In this document: piece after piece, positions 10,600 through 23,660 of the stretch
Layout of the letters: each line of letters begins with the position of its first letter
Position numbering within the stretch: position 1 is the stretch's first letter
NCBI RefSeq assembly: GCF_006345805.1
Contig: NC_043005.1
Span: forward strand, 23,126,001 to 23,190,000
Reading direction: 5' to 3'
From: Octopus sinensis
Taxonomy: Eukaryota
Length of the DNA stretch: 64,000 nucleotides
Program-made: the position numbers and the translations under genes
The notes under the pieces: model-generated
Told to the model about the DNA's origin: nothing
Seen by the model: the letters and a program-made list of their open reading frames with translations, nothing else
The model's database searches: none

Positions 10600-10785
10600 A
10601 GTTGTGACAGCAGAAGGGAGAAGGGGGTTGCATTAGCTTCGTACTCATCTGCAACTGAGCATACTAAATCAGCATGAAATAAAGTACCTTGTTCAAAGAT
10701 ACTATGCGTTACCTGATCCAAGAGTTGAACCCACAACCTTATGATTGTGAGCCCAACACCATAACCATTTAGCCACATTCTAATG
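10600..10785 (-). mobile_element. tRNA-derived SINE head with CORE-like segment
   Basis: Minus strand GTGGCTAAATGG (A box) ... GGTTCAACTCT (B box) ... CTTTGAACAAGGTACTT; related copy near 35225-35340 (+). Confidence 0.6.
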
Positions 10786-10830
10786 AGGGGACAAATAAGG
10801 TAAAAAGAGAATAAGGAAAATTAGACTTAC

Positions 10831-10916
10831 GTATCATCTTGTACACTAATGATTTCACCAGCTTTAAAGTTAAGTTCATTATCTTCTGCGGCTTCAAAAT
10901 CATACAGAGCTCTCAC
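10831..10916 (-). CDS. STAM: STAM exon 9 (86 nt), SH3 first half [28 protein letters not shown](T)
   Basis: gatacag|GTG ... GAT AC|gtaagt; canonical SH3 ALYDF..EL.F motif. Confidence 0.97.
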
Positions 10917-11028
10917 CTGTATCAGGAAGGGAGACAGAAAGAAATCTTAGTTATCAATTATTGGTGATTAGTAAACAACATAATGTAAAGTGGTGTCAGC
11001 TGACCAAGCGAAATATCATAGTAAAACT

Positions 11029-11243
11029 GACATGTAGATAGAGGTTAGTTGTCTGAAGGGACATGCAGATGACATGTTAGTCCTCCAAAATGACATGCAG
11101 ACGAATGCCAGCTGTCCAAGGTGACATGTAAGCATATCTCAGTTGTCTACGGTCATATGCAGCTGTGTCTTAGCTGTCTAAAATAACATGTAGACATGTC
11201 TCAATTGTCCAAGGTGACATATAGACATAGGTTGGTTGCCCCA
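11029..11243. repeat. Degenerate ~31-bp minisatellite, 7 units
   Basis: Unit starts at 11029, 11060, 11092, 11123, 11154, 11185, 11216; consensus about GACATGTAGACATGTCTCAGTTGTCCAAGGT. Confidence 0.75.
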
Positions 11244-12963
11244 GCAGTGTTGCAATATGATAAAATTATTTAAGTAAAAACCAGAGCTGACAGATTTTGT
11301 TAATTTCCATCCCTACAACACTAATAAAATACAGCTAAATCTATAATAGATGTAAAATTCTGTTTGTCTGTTTGTCTAGGACCCCTGTATCTTACTCTAT
11401 ATTTGTTCTACATAGACATATTATACTTTTTTGAAATCAGGATGATCCCAGGATTGAAAATCTGCCCTTCATTTGGTTCTTGAACATTCAACATTGGGAT
11501 CAGGTCTGGACAGGATTTTTTATATGCTAATAGTTGAAAATTTAAATTTTTGAAGAAGTCCAAAAATTTGTGAACTTACAGGGTACCAAAGCAGTAAAGC
11601 TCTGAAAAAAATCCAAGATCACATCAATTTAGAAAATGAATCTGATTGTTCTTAGAATTTCCAATAGACTAAATGAACATATCAAATATTTCTATTGCTT
11701 GTCTTTTTACCAAATTGCAACAATGTATAGGACTTGTGATTATCATTTGTTTCTGCAGAATTAAGCAGATGAGAGCTAAACATCTCCTTGGATAAGATGT
11801 TGCTCTATTGCAGGCAGTCTTTCCAGGTGCAAGAATTAAACTTGACACTATAAGTCAATGAACCCCTAAAATTCTACAGTCACTGTTGCATACTATAATT
11901 CCATTCTGCTTCTGTTGACAGTTAAATGCCTTGATTGTGAACACTGTACAATGAAGTATATGGTCTAATGGTACCTATTTACAACTACTATCAGTCGTCA
12001 ACACAACAGAGTTGACTATCATGATATAGTAAATACTTAAAAACACTGTCTTGGTCACAAACCCAGTACAGAGAATTAGACTATCATACAATACCCATTT
12101 ACAACTATTGTCTTGGTCAGGGAAAGTACAATGTTGAGAACAAAATACAAACAGCAGATGTTAATGCTGAACTTAGCTTCTTCATTTCTATGGAAAGAAA
12201 TATTGTCTTTTCGACAGCAGGATGAAAAAATTTAGCACTACATAGTTTGATTATATGCTGTTCAAGACTGAGTCATTCACAGTATAACAGACTATGTTAT
12301 ACAGTGAATAACTATGTTATTCAGTGCCAGACAAATGATGAGTTGCTCTTGAATGTTGTATTTGGCTATCTCAGTACCATATATTTGTTTGATCTAAGGT
12401 AACAGGAGGTGCTCAACAAAACCTCAGAGCTGGTATTCTAACTCTGAAGAGTTTGTTGGGAGGCTGACATCATACTTCTCTGCCAACTCCAATATTTAGA
12501 TAAGAAACCATTTTGACTTGATCAATTAATGTTGATGGTAAAATGTTTGAGTAAACTAACCTATCTAAATAATGTTGTTTAATGAACCATAACAGTCCCT
12601 TAGAGCTAGTGCTTTATGCTCAAGGTTTCTGAGATATTCAGTGCACAGGAATCAAAATAACACCTCCTGGATAACATTAGTGTTTCATGCTGGTAAATTT
12701 TTCAGAGAAGCCTGATACCTATTTGCTATCTAGATAGCCCTACAGAAACTAATATTCCAGTAGTATGATTTGAACTCTGTGACCAACGAACAAATAAGGA
12801 GACCTTATCCATTCTAATTTCTCACTGACATACATAATCTATTTAGGCTGGTCCAGTGGCTTGTTGCTTTAGACTTTCCATGGCATTCAGCTGCATCTTC
12901 AGACAAAGTAGCCAAAGGGACATGCCTTATCATTGAAGGCCATAGCAACCTATAATATATTTT

Positions 12964-13190
12964 ATTATTGTCCACAGGGGGCTAAACATAGAGGGGACAA
13001 ATAAGGACAGACAAAGGGATTAAGTCGATTACATCAACCTCAGGGTGTAACTGGTACTTATTTAATCGATCCCAAAAGGATGAAAGGCAAAGTCGACCTC
13101 GGCAGAATTTGAATTCAGAATGTAACAGCAGATGAAATACTGCTAAGCATTTCACCTGGTGTACTAACGATTCTGCCAGCTCACCACCCT
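12964..13190 (-). mobile_element. Family B SINE (variant tail)
   Basis: AAAGGATGAAAGGCAAAGTCGACCTCGGCAGAATTTGAA core; near-identical to 16295-16534. Confidence 0.85.
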
Positions 13191-14020
13191 GAAAGTAGTG
13201 TATAATTCTGCTGAGGTCAATTTTGTCTTTCATCCATTCAAGGTTGATAAAAGAAGTAACAGTCATACACTGGGATCAATGTAAACCCCTCCCCTAAACT
13301 TGTTGGCCTTATGCCAAAATTTGAAACCATTATTATTCTATTATTATAAATATTATTATTAAGGTGGTAAGCAGGCAGAATTGTTAGCACACTGGATGAA
13401 ATGCTTAGTGGTATTTCTTCTTTCTTTATGTTCCAAATTCAAATTCTGCTGGAGTCAATGAAATAAATACCAGACAAGTACTGGGGTTGATGTAAAATTT
13501 CAGGCATTGTATCTATAGTAGAAAGGATTATTATTATTGTTGTACTATTTATACACACTTTTACTGCACTACTTTCACCATTAAAGTTAAGGCGCAAACT
13601 CCAGGGTAACAGACCACTCGACTGGCCTATATGAACTATTGATCTCTACATTTGTATAGATTGCTTATTCTCCAGATCATTACTTAACAATGGACATATA
13701 TATCATAGTCAGACAGACAAGATGTAAAACACAGCAACGTCCTAAAAATCAACTAACTAAAGAGGCTAGACAAACATGATAACTTCTGCATATTAAATTT
13801 GGCTTTTAAATGGCACAAGCAACCTTTGAACTTAGTATCTGTTGTGTTATTTTTCTAACAACTACTTGATTAAATCTGGAGAACAAAAAATGAAAAATTG
13901 AGAGACAAAGAATGAAAAGAAAGTATGAACAGTTAGAGGTAGAGAGTAATGTAAAGGTTAGACTGAATAAATATTTATTTTCAAACATACACACAAAAAT
14001 CAAACACAAAATTTACATAC

Positions 14021-14139
14021 TTTGCGATACTCTTTGCTTTTGGGCAAAGTATTACTGCTGCTAAGGGCAGTAGAAGCTGATGGGTATAACGAACCACCAG
14101 TTTTGGATTTTTCAGCTTCTTGTAATGATAAAGCAATGG
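14021..14139 (-). CDS. STAM: STAM exon 8 (119 nt), IALSLQEAEKSKTGGSLYPSASTALSSSNTLPKSKEYRK
   Basis: ttttcag|CC ATT ... AAA|gtatgt; UIM end AIALSL plus the SLYPS linker. Confidence 0.93.
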
Positions 14140-15584
14140 CTGAAAAATATAAAACACATCAAAACCAATTAATTAAAAAAAAAAAACTGATTAACGAATT
14201 TACTCAAATTAGTATAACATCATAATTATGATGAAACAAAACCACAATAGAAAACCCGAAAAATAATTTCTATTAAAAGATACAAGGCTTGAAATTAGGT
14301 GGGAAGGATATAATCAATCATATTGAACTCAGCATTGGACTAGAACTTTGTGAGTCAGGGAGGATGAAAGGCCAAGTCAACCTTAGTAGGACCTGAACTC
14401 AGAATGTAAAGAGGAAATACTGTAAGTGAGAGATGATTAGAGATGAGGGCAGAGGTGATTGTAATGAATGGTGAATAAGGATGGAGGAATAGTTGATATA
14501 TGAGTTGGGGGAAAGGTGGTCAGAATGAAAGATGGATGCCAATAGAAGTGGCTCACAAGAGAGGAGGTGATAACTTGCAATACAGAAAGGGTGAAATAAT
14601 ATAACCATGGGTAGGGTAAATATGAGGAGTGAGTGGGATAAAGTCGCAATGATGTGAGGTGGATCAGAGGTACATAGAAGTGAATAAAGATAGTGGGGAG
14701 TTGATGGTAGAAACAGTGTTAATAAGTAGCATCATTCATCCTTTGATTTGGTTGAACAACTAATCCCAACCAATTGGGATTCACAGAACAGGTTGGTTGT
14801 ACAAATCCTCTTTTTGATTGCTGAATGCAAAATATGGCTTGTGAGACATCTGCTTGGGTGATTTTTCTTGAATCACCCTCTCACCCTTATATGCCAATCT
14901 GTCATAGAGCAAACATGGGGGTGACCCATTTACAGCTGAGTGGACTGCAGTAATGTAAAATGAAGTGTTTTGCTCAAGAACACAAAATGCAGCCAGTCTG
15001 GAAATTAAAACTATGATCTCACAATTGCGAGAGCAACACCCTAACCACTAGGCCATGTACCTTCATGCATTATTGGATGGCTGTTGACTCCTGAGTTCTT
15101 CTGCCCTTTGACAGGTTTTGTTTTCCATCCCACAACATGTCCAATAAATCACCCTCCTCACCAAAGAAGCTTGGTGTGGTTACTGGTGTAGTCACCAATA
15201 ACCTGACCACACGACAGGTTGCACTGGGTTACATATTATCAGTGGCACTCAAGAGTCAACTGTGAGCAAGGGGGTGTCAGTAGGATGTTAATTAGGGGAA
15301 GAAAAGATAAAGGATGATCTGTGAAAAATAAGAATGGAGAATGGTCAATGTTTAGAATGTGGGATGTCAAAAAGAAATGATTTCAAGGAGGGGAGGAGAT
15401 GACAGGTAGTAGAGAAAATGAATGAAACATGTAGTTCTGTTCTCATTTAACTACAACAGCAGAATAATGCAGTAGTTAGGAGAGTGATGAAAAATAAGAG
15501 GGAAAGGAGAGACTGAGAGTGATAAATTGGACATGGAGCCCAATTGAGTTCATATACAAAATGCTTTTAGTAGTTTTGCTGTAA

Positions 15585-15960
15585 TGGGTAGGTTTTTTCA
15601 AGTACAGCATATTGCCAGTCATTTCAGTTGTCATTTTTGTGAGGCTTAGCATCCTTAGATCAGTCTTCATTACCTTGTCCCAGATTTTCTGGATTTCCAT
15701 TTTCCACAAATTCCATCCACATTAAGTGAATGTCACTTTATGCAGCTGCCTTCATCTCCATACATTACATGACCACAAAACATAGTCTTCTCTCTTGCAC
15801 ACTAATCTGATTCCTCTTATACCCAGTTTTTCTCTCAAGACATTTGTAATCTGTTGTTCGTATACACTGACATTGCACATCCAGTGGAGCATCACTTGCA
15901 TATAAATATGTTTATACAGATTCATTGGACATGCACACAACCAAATAGACACACATCTTT
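15585..15960 (-). mobile_element. Decayed RTE LINE ORF2 C-terminus
   Basis: Frameshifted translation LREKLGIRGIR...QERRL...KIWDKVMKTDLRMLSLTK...NDWQYAVLEKT. Confidence 0.75.
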
Positions 15961-16138
15961 CATTCATTTTTACATGTTTTTCAATGTTATCATAGGTTAG
16001 ACAAATAATCATTGAGGCATTATTTTACAGCCAGATAATCTTTTTGCTAACCCTTAAGGACATATAAAACTTCCCTAAATACCAAAACTCCATCTATGAT
16101 GATATTCAAACAACGAGACAACATAAAGAAATGTTAAC

Positions 16139-16214
16139 CTTTTGCTATGTCATCTTCTTCCTGTTGTGTTTGAACAGCATCAGGATTTGAAATAAGTGTT
16201 GGTGTTTTCTTTGG
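16139..16214 (-). CDS. STAM: STAM exon 7 (76 nt), PKKTPTLISNPDAVQTQQEEDDIAK(A), UIM start
   Basis: ttaacag|CCA ... AAA G|gttaac; EEDDIAKA UIM motif. Confidence 0.93.
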
Positions 16215-16294
16215 CTGTTAAAGAAAAAGAAAAAAAAAATGATTAGCTAAACATGCATCAAAGGACTAGGAATATAAAACTAATAATTGTAACT

Positions 16295-16534
16295 TATTTC
16301 TTATTTCTTTATTGCCCACAAGGGGCTAAACATAGAGGGGACAAACAAGGACAGACAAAGGGATTAAGTCGATTATATCGACCCCAGTGCGTAACTGGTA
16401 CTAAATTTATCGACCCCAAAAGGATGAAAGGCAAAGTCGACCTCAGCAGAATTTGAACTCAGAATGTAAAGACAGACGAAATACAGCTAAGCATTTCGTC
16501 CTGTGTGCTAACGTTTTTGCCAGCTCGCTGCCTT
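16295..16534 (-). mobile_element. Family B SINE (variant tail, young)
   Basis: Full head-core-tail with CpGs retained. Confidence 0.85.
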
Positions 16535-19500
16535 ATAATAATAATTGTAACTTGTCAAGTTTCAGTTTTAAAATCAAATTTTAAACTTCTTTGTAATGAA
16601 TATTTCTTTCATCTAGTTTGTAAATATTAATGCTTTCCTAATTATACATGCATGTACACTTTAATTGCTCTGCTTTCGTAAAAACCAATTAATAATTAGC
16701 ATTCTTCATTATCATTCATTAGCATTCTTCATTATCATCACTTTTTACAGCCACTTTTCGCATTCTGGCATGAGTTGGACAAATCTTGAAGTAGTATTTT
16801 ATGACTGCTAGCTGCTTCTTGACACCAACCCTTGTTTTCCAATTACAAAGTATTTTATTCAAAACTTTGCATATCAAACGGTTGTTGTTTTTTTTTCTTT
16901 TTAATGGGAGACGTAAACAACTTCATCAGCAAAGTGGGTGTCAAATGAAGGCACATAGTTACAAACATGCACATATAAACGTGTGTGTGTGTATGTGTGA
17001 GAGTTAAATGGACTTCCATATAGTTCCTGCCAAACAATTTCATTCAGAAGGCATTGGTCAATTTGAGGCTGTAGAAGACTACAGCCAAGTTGTCATGCAG
17101 TGCAATCAAACCCCAAAAATCACATGCTTGTGAAGTGAACTCTTTAACTACACAGACACCCCTATGTATTTAATGTTTATGTGTATTTATATTTTAATTC
17201 TAAGATAATGATTCACTTTGTCCTGTCAGATGAGTGTAATGTTGAAGGAAACTCAGAACAGCTCAATGAGTGAATATATTACAGCTATGATATAAAAATA
17301 TACACAACCTATATCTTAAATATATATATTCAATAACTGACATAAAAATGACATCTATTACACTGAAATATCAGTAACAAGCAAACATAACACTGTGGTT
17401 TCTGATTACATCTGCAGGTCACATGATATGTTGTTGTCTACTCTTTATTTTTGGTCACATGATGCACTGTACCTATTTGTTTCTTTCATTCTCTTTGGCG
17501 TCCCTGAATACACACCTTAGACCTAAGTTAACAGGTTAGGACAAAGTTTTACTATTTATGTTTTAGTAGTTTTACATTTGATTTTTGTTTTTAAGGATGA
17601 GCAAAAAGACATAAAAATTAGCCTATGAACTGTTGCTGGGAGTGTTATGAATGCCTTTCTAATCACCAAATAAAATAAGAGTTACAGAGGTGTTTTCAGA
17701 TGAGCTGAAAACTGAATCTTGCTAAAGGACACAACATAATAGTGGTAGAAAAGTTTGAGTATGATTTACTCATGACTAAATAGACTACATGGTACCTTAG
17801 TTTATAATATCAAAGTAACCAATATCTAGACTGTAAAGTATCAATTTCCAGAGCTATGTGGAAAAAAATTAAACAGAAGCTTTGAATTTGTTCAACGAAA
17901 TATGTAAGCAAATGAATAATGGAAACTTGACACAAGTCAGAAAAATGCAGTTGTAAAGCTCAAATGTTTGATATCATATATTATTTTAAATCTCATAAAA
18001 ACCAGACCAGTTGTCAATGAAATAAGTCATGGCTGCTTAACCTTTTAACATTCAAATCACTGTCACATGTGATCTTTATAATTTAAGCAGTCAACAATAA
18101 AACAGTATATATAGTGATGAGATATTATACACAAGAAATGTATAAACAAGGCTTTTCCTCTTCAATTATATAATCAGGGAAAATAATTCACCAATATTAA
18201 GCAAAATTAGCAAATAAAAACAAATAAAAATTTTTTCTCTACATATGCAAGAATTTGATTCAGAAATTTCTTACACAACCACACAGTTCAGTCCAACTAC
18301 ACAGTCCTAAGACAAAAGTATTCTCCAAAAGCACAAGGACAACCAAGGCCTTTGAGTGGATTTGATATATGGAAACTGAAAGAAGCTTGTTGTATATATA
18401 TTTTGGTCGTAATTCTATTCCTGTTCAAAGAATTAGAGGAAATATTACCTTACTTGGAAACAGGCAAGAGTTGGCAACAGGAAGAGCTATATAAATTTGC
18501 CTCAATGAATTTTGTCTGACCCATGCAAGTATGGAAAAGTGGGAGTTACTATGATGATAACATGTTTAATATTTGAATGTATTTTGCAATGATAACTATT
18601 ATCATTGTCACTTCTATTCGAAAGAGATTATGTAGTTATGTAACTCTATGTTAATATATTTCATTTGTAATTTGTGTAACTGATTTTGCTTCTTATATAT
18701 CCCATATTTCTATTGCATTTAATTTCTCTCCATGTTGAGCAGTTGACTATCAAATAAGCATTTAAACACACATTTAATCAATAAAAATAATTTAACAACT
18801 ACTAAAACCATTCAAGATAGTTGAAACCTTAGATGTTGTGAAGTTTAGTCCAGCCAGTAAATGTGCTCCACAAGTGAGTTTAGATTATAAGTTCAATTCA
18901 ATAGCTACTTACCACAGGTAGGATACATTAATTATGTTAATCTACATTAAACTAAAAGTGAGAACTTTAAAGCAAATTAAGCAATCTCAAGTTCCTAAAA
19001 TGAGACATAAGACTTGAAGCTAGGAAATATTACTAAAGTTCTGGTTCATTGACAAAAAGGTTTTCAGTTTAAATATTTTTACCAATTGTTACTATTCAAC
19101 AAAGACATATAAGCCTCAATTAAGTAATCCTCCAAATTATAAGCTGGCTTGCCCTAGTTTATACCCACTGCCAAGATGACTTACCCCTGTCCAGACCCAC
19201 CATCAAATTGGTCTGCTCCATCTCAGACCTCTATCTTAACAAAATCTTAAATGGTATCTTTATGTAATCTATTAGACAACATTTACTACACAATAACTAG
19301 ATTACTACAAATATCAACGAGTATCCAGCTGTGTGATCAACAAAGTGCTTCCTCAATGAATTATCATGTAAGTGTCTGAGTATTCCACTTATGTGTACTC
19401 TTATTGTAATCTTCCTGCAGAATCAGCAGGACAGTGTGCATAACAAAGCTTCCCTTTTGAATTACAGGAACAAACCATGTGATGGGCTTCCACATAGTTT

Positions 19501-19696
19501 CCATCAATCCCAGTTTCACTCAGAAGGCTTAAGTCAATCTGAGGCTATTGGAAAAGATACTTGCCTAAGTTGCCACTTAGCAGGATTGAACCTGGAAACT
19601 TGTGATTGAGAAATAAACTTCTTAACCAATTGACTATTTAAAATAAAATTGCACAAGTTATTTCAAAACGGAAACATTAGGAAAATTAATGCTTAC

Positions 19697-19763
19697 CACT
19701 GTATCTGGATCGGAGAAGTCATGTCCCTCTTTTTTTAAGCTTTCATACAGCGATGGCATCAAG
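19697..19763 (-). CDS. STAM: STAM exon 6 (67 nt), LMPSLYESLKKEGHDFSDPDTV
   Basis: ctctag|C TTG ... GTG|gtaagc; end of VHS (LK.EG..F). Confidence 0.93.
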
Positions 19764-19999
19764 CTAGAGAGAATTATCAAAATAATAACATTTCAATAAA
19801 TTTATGTAATTAAAACAAAAAAGAAAAAAGACAGGTTTTACAATTGCCTGATATTTATCAAAGATGGAGACACAACTTATTAATGATTGGAAGCAAAACA
19901 AGGAAAAAGAAAATTCAAATACAACAATAACTGTTTCAGCATTTATGGCACTTCCCAAAAGTAAAAGTAGGTTTCATTCAGTTCACCACAAGCATACCT

Positions 20000-20700
20000 G
20001 TCACTCTGCAGCCGACAATAACTTTATAGAAAATGCATATTGAAGTGCACAGAAGATACAATAAAGACATTGGCATACTGTCAGCAACAAAAAGGGCTTT
20101 AGAAATAACAGCACACTAGAATATCTGGCAAAACCAGCAGCCATAAATTGAAGACAATAGACTGCACTGATGGCCTGCTGGATACAATAGTTTAGCTATG
20201 TTTCTTAGAGAATGGATACAATTATTGCTGAATCTGGGCCTAATGAAAGTATATATTTACTGTAGAATAAATGGTATAAAAATACATTTTTTTAAAAAAG
20301 CAGCTTCGGTTGGCAACAAAATATTTTCTTCTCATACAAAAGATGTATACAAAGTGTAATGGAGTATGGTACTCAATGCAGACAATTGGGAAGACAAAGA
20401 AGAAAAGAATGTCCCGTGTCTGCAGCATCAACCTCCACTCTGGAACCCAATTGATATAAAAAGCACAAGCATTTCCTCCAACATTTCCTTCAAGATCATC
20501 AGCAGAAAACAACAGCCAGACAGTGCATTTCCCTACTGAAATAGTAGCCAAATCCGTCTGATTATACCTTATTATCTTAAAATCAGACACAATGGATAAT
20601 GCAGTGCTGGACATAAAAAAGGTAGAGCGACCAAAGGTTGGAACATTTTGGGTCATAATTACCCAGTTGGGTTAATAACAGCTGCTGACAGTGATAACCA
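20000..20700 (-). mobile_element. Possible highly decayed LINE reverse-transcriptase fragment
   Basis: Minus-strand VWLLFSADDL...WRLMLQTRDILFF resembles the LLFADDL...WRL.LN..KT..L.F RT motifs; downstream IYGCW; weak. Confidence 0.35.
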
Positions 20701-20770
20701 CAAAAAATGGAGATGAAAACTAAGAAAAGAGAAACCTAAATTAAAAATTAAGAATATTAATTTGACTTAC

Positions 20771-20856
20771 TTTAGAGCTGGTTCATCTTTGAATTCTGGC
20801 ATCTCTGCCCATCGTTTTATCAACAACTTCAGCTTCTGTGCTACTTTTGGGTGAGC
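20771..20856 (-). CDS. STAM: STAM exon 5 (86 nt), AHPKVAQKLKLLIKRWAEMPEFKDEPAL(N)
   Basis: tttcag|GCT ... CTA AA|gtaagt; VHS HPKV..KLK motif. Confidence 0.95.
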
Positions 20857-22163
20857 CTGAAAACAAAAGAAACAAACACTTTATTTCAGATAAGATGAAA
20901 TATATATATATATATCGATATTTCAGATTCTCTTAGGATGTTGATGAAAACTTCGATATTGTTCATTTCCAAAACTGTTTACAATTTTTGCCTGTGTGTG
21001 TTTATGTTGAACAGATAGTGTGTGTGTGTGTGCGCGCGCGCGCATTACACATGTACAAAATAGATATTTAGAGATATTTTTAGCTTATGCTAGAAATGAA
21101 ACAAAGTAATCTTTTGGTTTAATATCACAACCTCCATTTTACTTTAAACATTAAAGAAAGCATGCTAATTTTGCTGAGAGGTTGCTTAAAAATGCAAAAT
21201 TGCAGAACTAGTGCTCCACTAATTAAGTCTGTCCTGCCTGTCTCTTCTGCAACTACAAGTAAAATCCTGATCATACACAAACAGTTTAAAAAATAATGCA
21301 GAAACAATATGTCCTGATTGCTACACTACAGACAATACAGTCATTATGGTGTGTGATTTAGTAAATCATTTCTGAGATATGGCCTTCTCTTGTTATTTCA
21401 ATCAGCTCACTTCAAGTCACATGTCTCTTTAAGTAAAGCTGACAACAGATACTCATTGATGCTAACAACAATAATAAAAGAATTCATATTGCTATTTGAT
21501 GAACAATAACATCATTGGTTACAAGTTACCAACAAACCAATCACTGATTCGCAGCGTTTCTGATAGTGGGAGTGATAAAGCATTGTTTGACAAAACAAAT
21601 ATTACACAAGGTATTTTTTTTTATTTGAAATATTTATGTTTTTCTTTTATTTTTTTGATGCCACATCTTTCATTGATGCATATTGGCAAAATATTTAGAT
21701 ACATATATATCCTGCAATGGCTTTTCCAATTCATTCCAAGGCTACAGTAGATGGCATTTGCCCAAGGTGCCAAACAGTGATATATTTAGTCATCTTACAG
21801 ATTGCAATAATTATATACTGCTAAAGAAATTTTTCTATACAATTTTTGTCACCATATTTGAAGAGGCATCTCCACCCAAACCTATTTTTCCATGCTTTTT
21901 CAAGACTTATGACATTTCTCATTCACAATATCATGACGAGTTAAAAACTGTTTGTATCATGTAAAGCAAACTTCAGTTAAAGGAAGAATTGAAGACAATG
22001 TACAATGTTTGGTGTTGGAAATGTGACTCAAGTAATTCTAAAGACCTTGCTTTTGGTAATCTGATATTTTTGCAAGACAAGTGAAATTCTTAAAACAAAC
22101 CAAGTCATTTAGTACCTACAGTAGTTAGTAATCTTATTGAGTAATGCGCAACAAAAGACTTAC

Positions 22164-22262
22164 TTTTTGTCCAATAAAATTGCGACATTCAGACACGAAA
22201 TCTCTGGAGCAAATTTCCAAATGAAATGGTCGACCACAGTTATTTACACAAGCATCCAGAAG
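22164..22262 (-). CDS. STAM: STAM exon 4 (99 nt), [33 protein letters not shown]
   Basis: ttccag|CTT ... AAA|gtaagt; VHS motif CV.NCG..FHLE.CSRDF. Confidence 0.97.
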
Positions 22263-23187
22263 CTGGAAATGGAAACAAAAATAAAGAGATGAAAAACTAC
22301 AGGTATCTTTAAGATGATATAGACTTTAATCCTTAAGGGCTGATTTCTTAAAAAAAATGTGGGATTTTTTTTATTTATTGAGGTTCAGATTTTTTTTTTA
22401 ATCTTTTACATAATTTTAATTAATAAACTTTAGCACCATCTGAGCATGATTGTTGCCAGGGGGCACCATTTGCGCGTGATCATTACCAGTGTCGCCTTAC
22501 TGGCACCTGTGCCAGTGGCATGTGTAAAAAGATTCAAGCAAGGTCATTAGCCTTGGGTTGACCCCAGCCATATGAGGGAAATTAGGTAGGTGGAAACTGT
22601 ACAGAAACTCAAAGGGAGCATTATTGTTCTTTGATGATAGACTTAATCTGTTGCCCACTAGAAAGGGAAGTGGCTTTATGTCAGAAGTTGAGAGACTAAA
22701 ATTTGGTACAGAGACAAGAACAGGTGTCTTGCTACAGTGGAGGTATATAGCTACCTCATGTTATATGAGGGTGGGTGGGATTGACTGGAAAGAGAAATAA
22801 GGATGGTAATGACAAAGTGTCTGGGAATACTTTCAGAATAAGAGAAAGTGAGTATGAGAGAGAATATGGATTATATGGATTAGAAAAGATGGGTAGGTAA
22901 GTTTACAAGAGTATACAGAGAGTGACAGATGATTAGAGATGAGTATAAAGGTGAGGTAAATGGTGAACAAGGTTGGAGGTAGTTGATCCGGGAGACAACC
23001 CAGGACATGTTTCAGTATTATGATGACTTCACCAGCACAGCATAGTCTCCCAGATAGAGTCTGAATTAGTTGAACATAGTCTAGTCTACCACTATATTAG
23101 TTAAACCAACAACATCATTACTCTAGTACAAATGGTAGATTCACTGGATCAAAGTGTCATGTATTAAATGTAGAAACTTTGACTCAC

Positions 23188-23263
23188 AGTTAAACTTTGC
23201 ATTGTCACAAAAGGAACTTTATGATTCATCCGTTTCACAATAGCACGAAGACAATCTTTGGGC
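23188..23263 (-). CDS. STAM: STAM exon 3 (76 nt), PKDCLRAIVKRMNHKVPFVTMQSLT
   Basis: ttttcag|G CCC AAA ... ACT|gtgagt; VHS helices. Confidence 0.96.
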
Positions 23264-23439
23264 CTGAAAAATATAAAAATATGATACAAAGACATAGAAC
23301 GATAATTCTGGCATCAATATTTTTAGAGAATGAATCTACAACTGAACAAAGTCTGTATTTTCCAAAAATTTAGAGTGGAAGCAAACAATGGTATACATAA
23401 TAAATTGGAATCATTTTCAGGTGATATTATCATTGCTAT

Positions 23440-23660
23440 CATTTGCTGACTGTTTTTCATACTTGTATAGCTTAAGTCATTTCCAACACATCTCACTAGC
23501 AGCCTTTTGCTATCTCTTTTGTGAAGTTTAGCCAACTGAGATCAGCCTTCATTACTTCTTCCTTGGTCTTCTTTAACAAGTTCCTTCCACTTGGATCACT
23601 AGGAACTCCTTTACTCAGACTACAGCAACCTCTCACAGTAGCATTTCTGTGCCTTTTACT
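23440..23660 (-). mobile_element. Decayed RTE ORF2 3' fragment
   Basis: KKTKEEVMKADLSWLNFTKEIAK is similar to the 15585-15960 fragment. Confidence 0.55.

Noticed and set aside
10488-10778. 96-aa minus-strand ORF next to the SH3 exon
   Set aside because: It overlaps a tRNA-SINE head; the STAM frame is complete without it.
11340-11650. Helitron-like start (A|TCTATAATA...TGTTTGTCTGTTTGTCT)
   Set aside because: No 3' hairpin or CTRR terminus could be identified.
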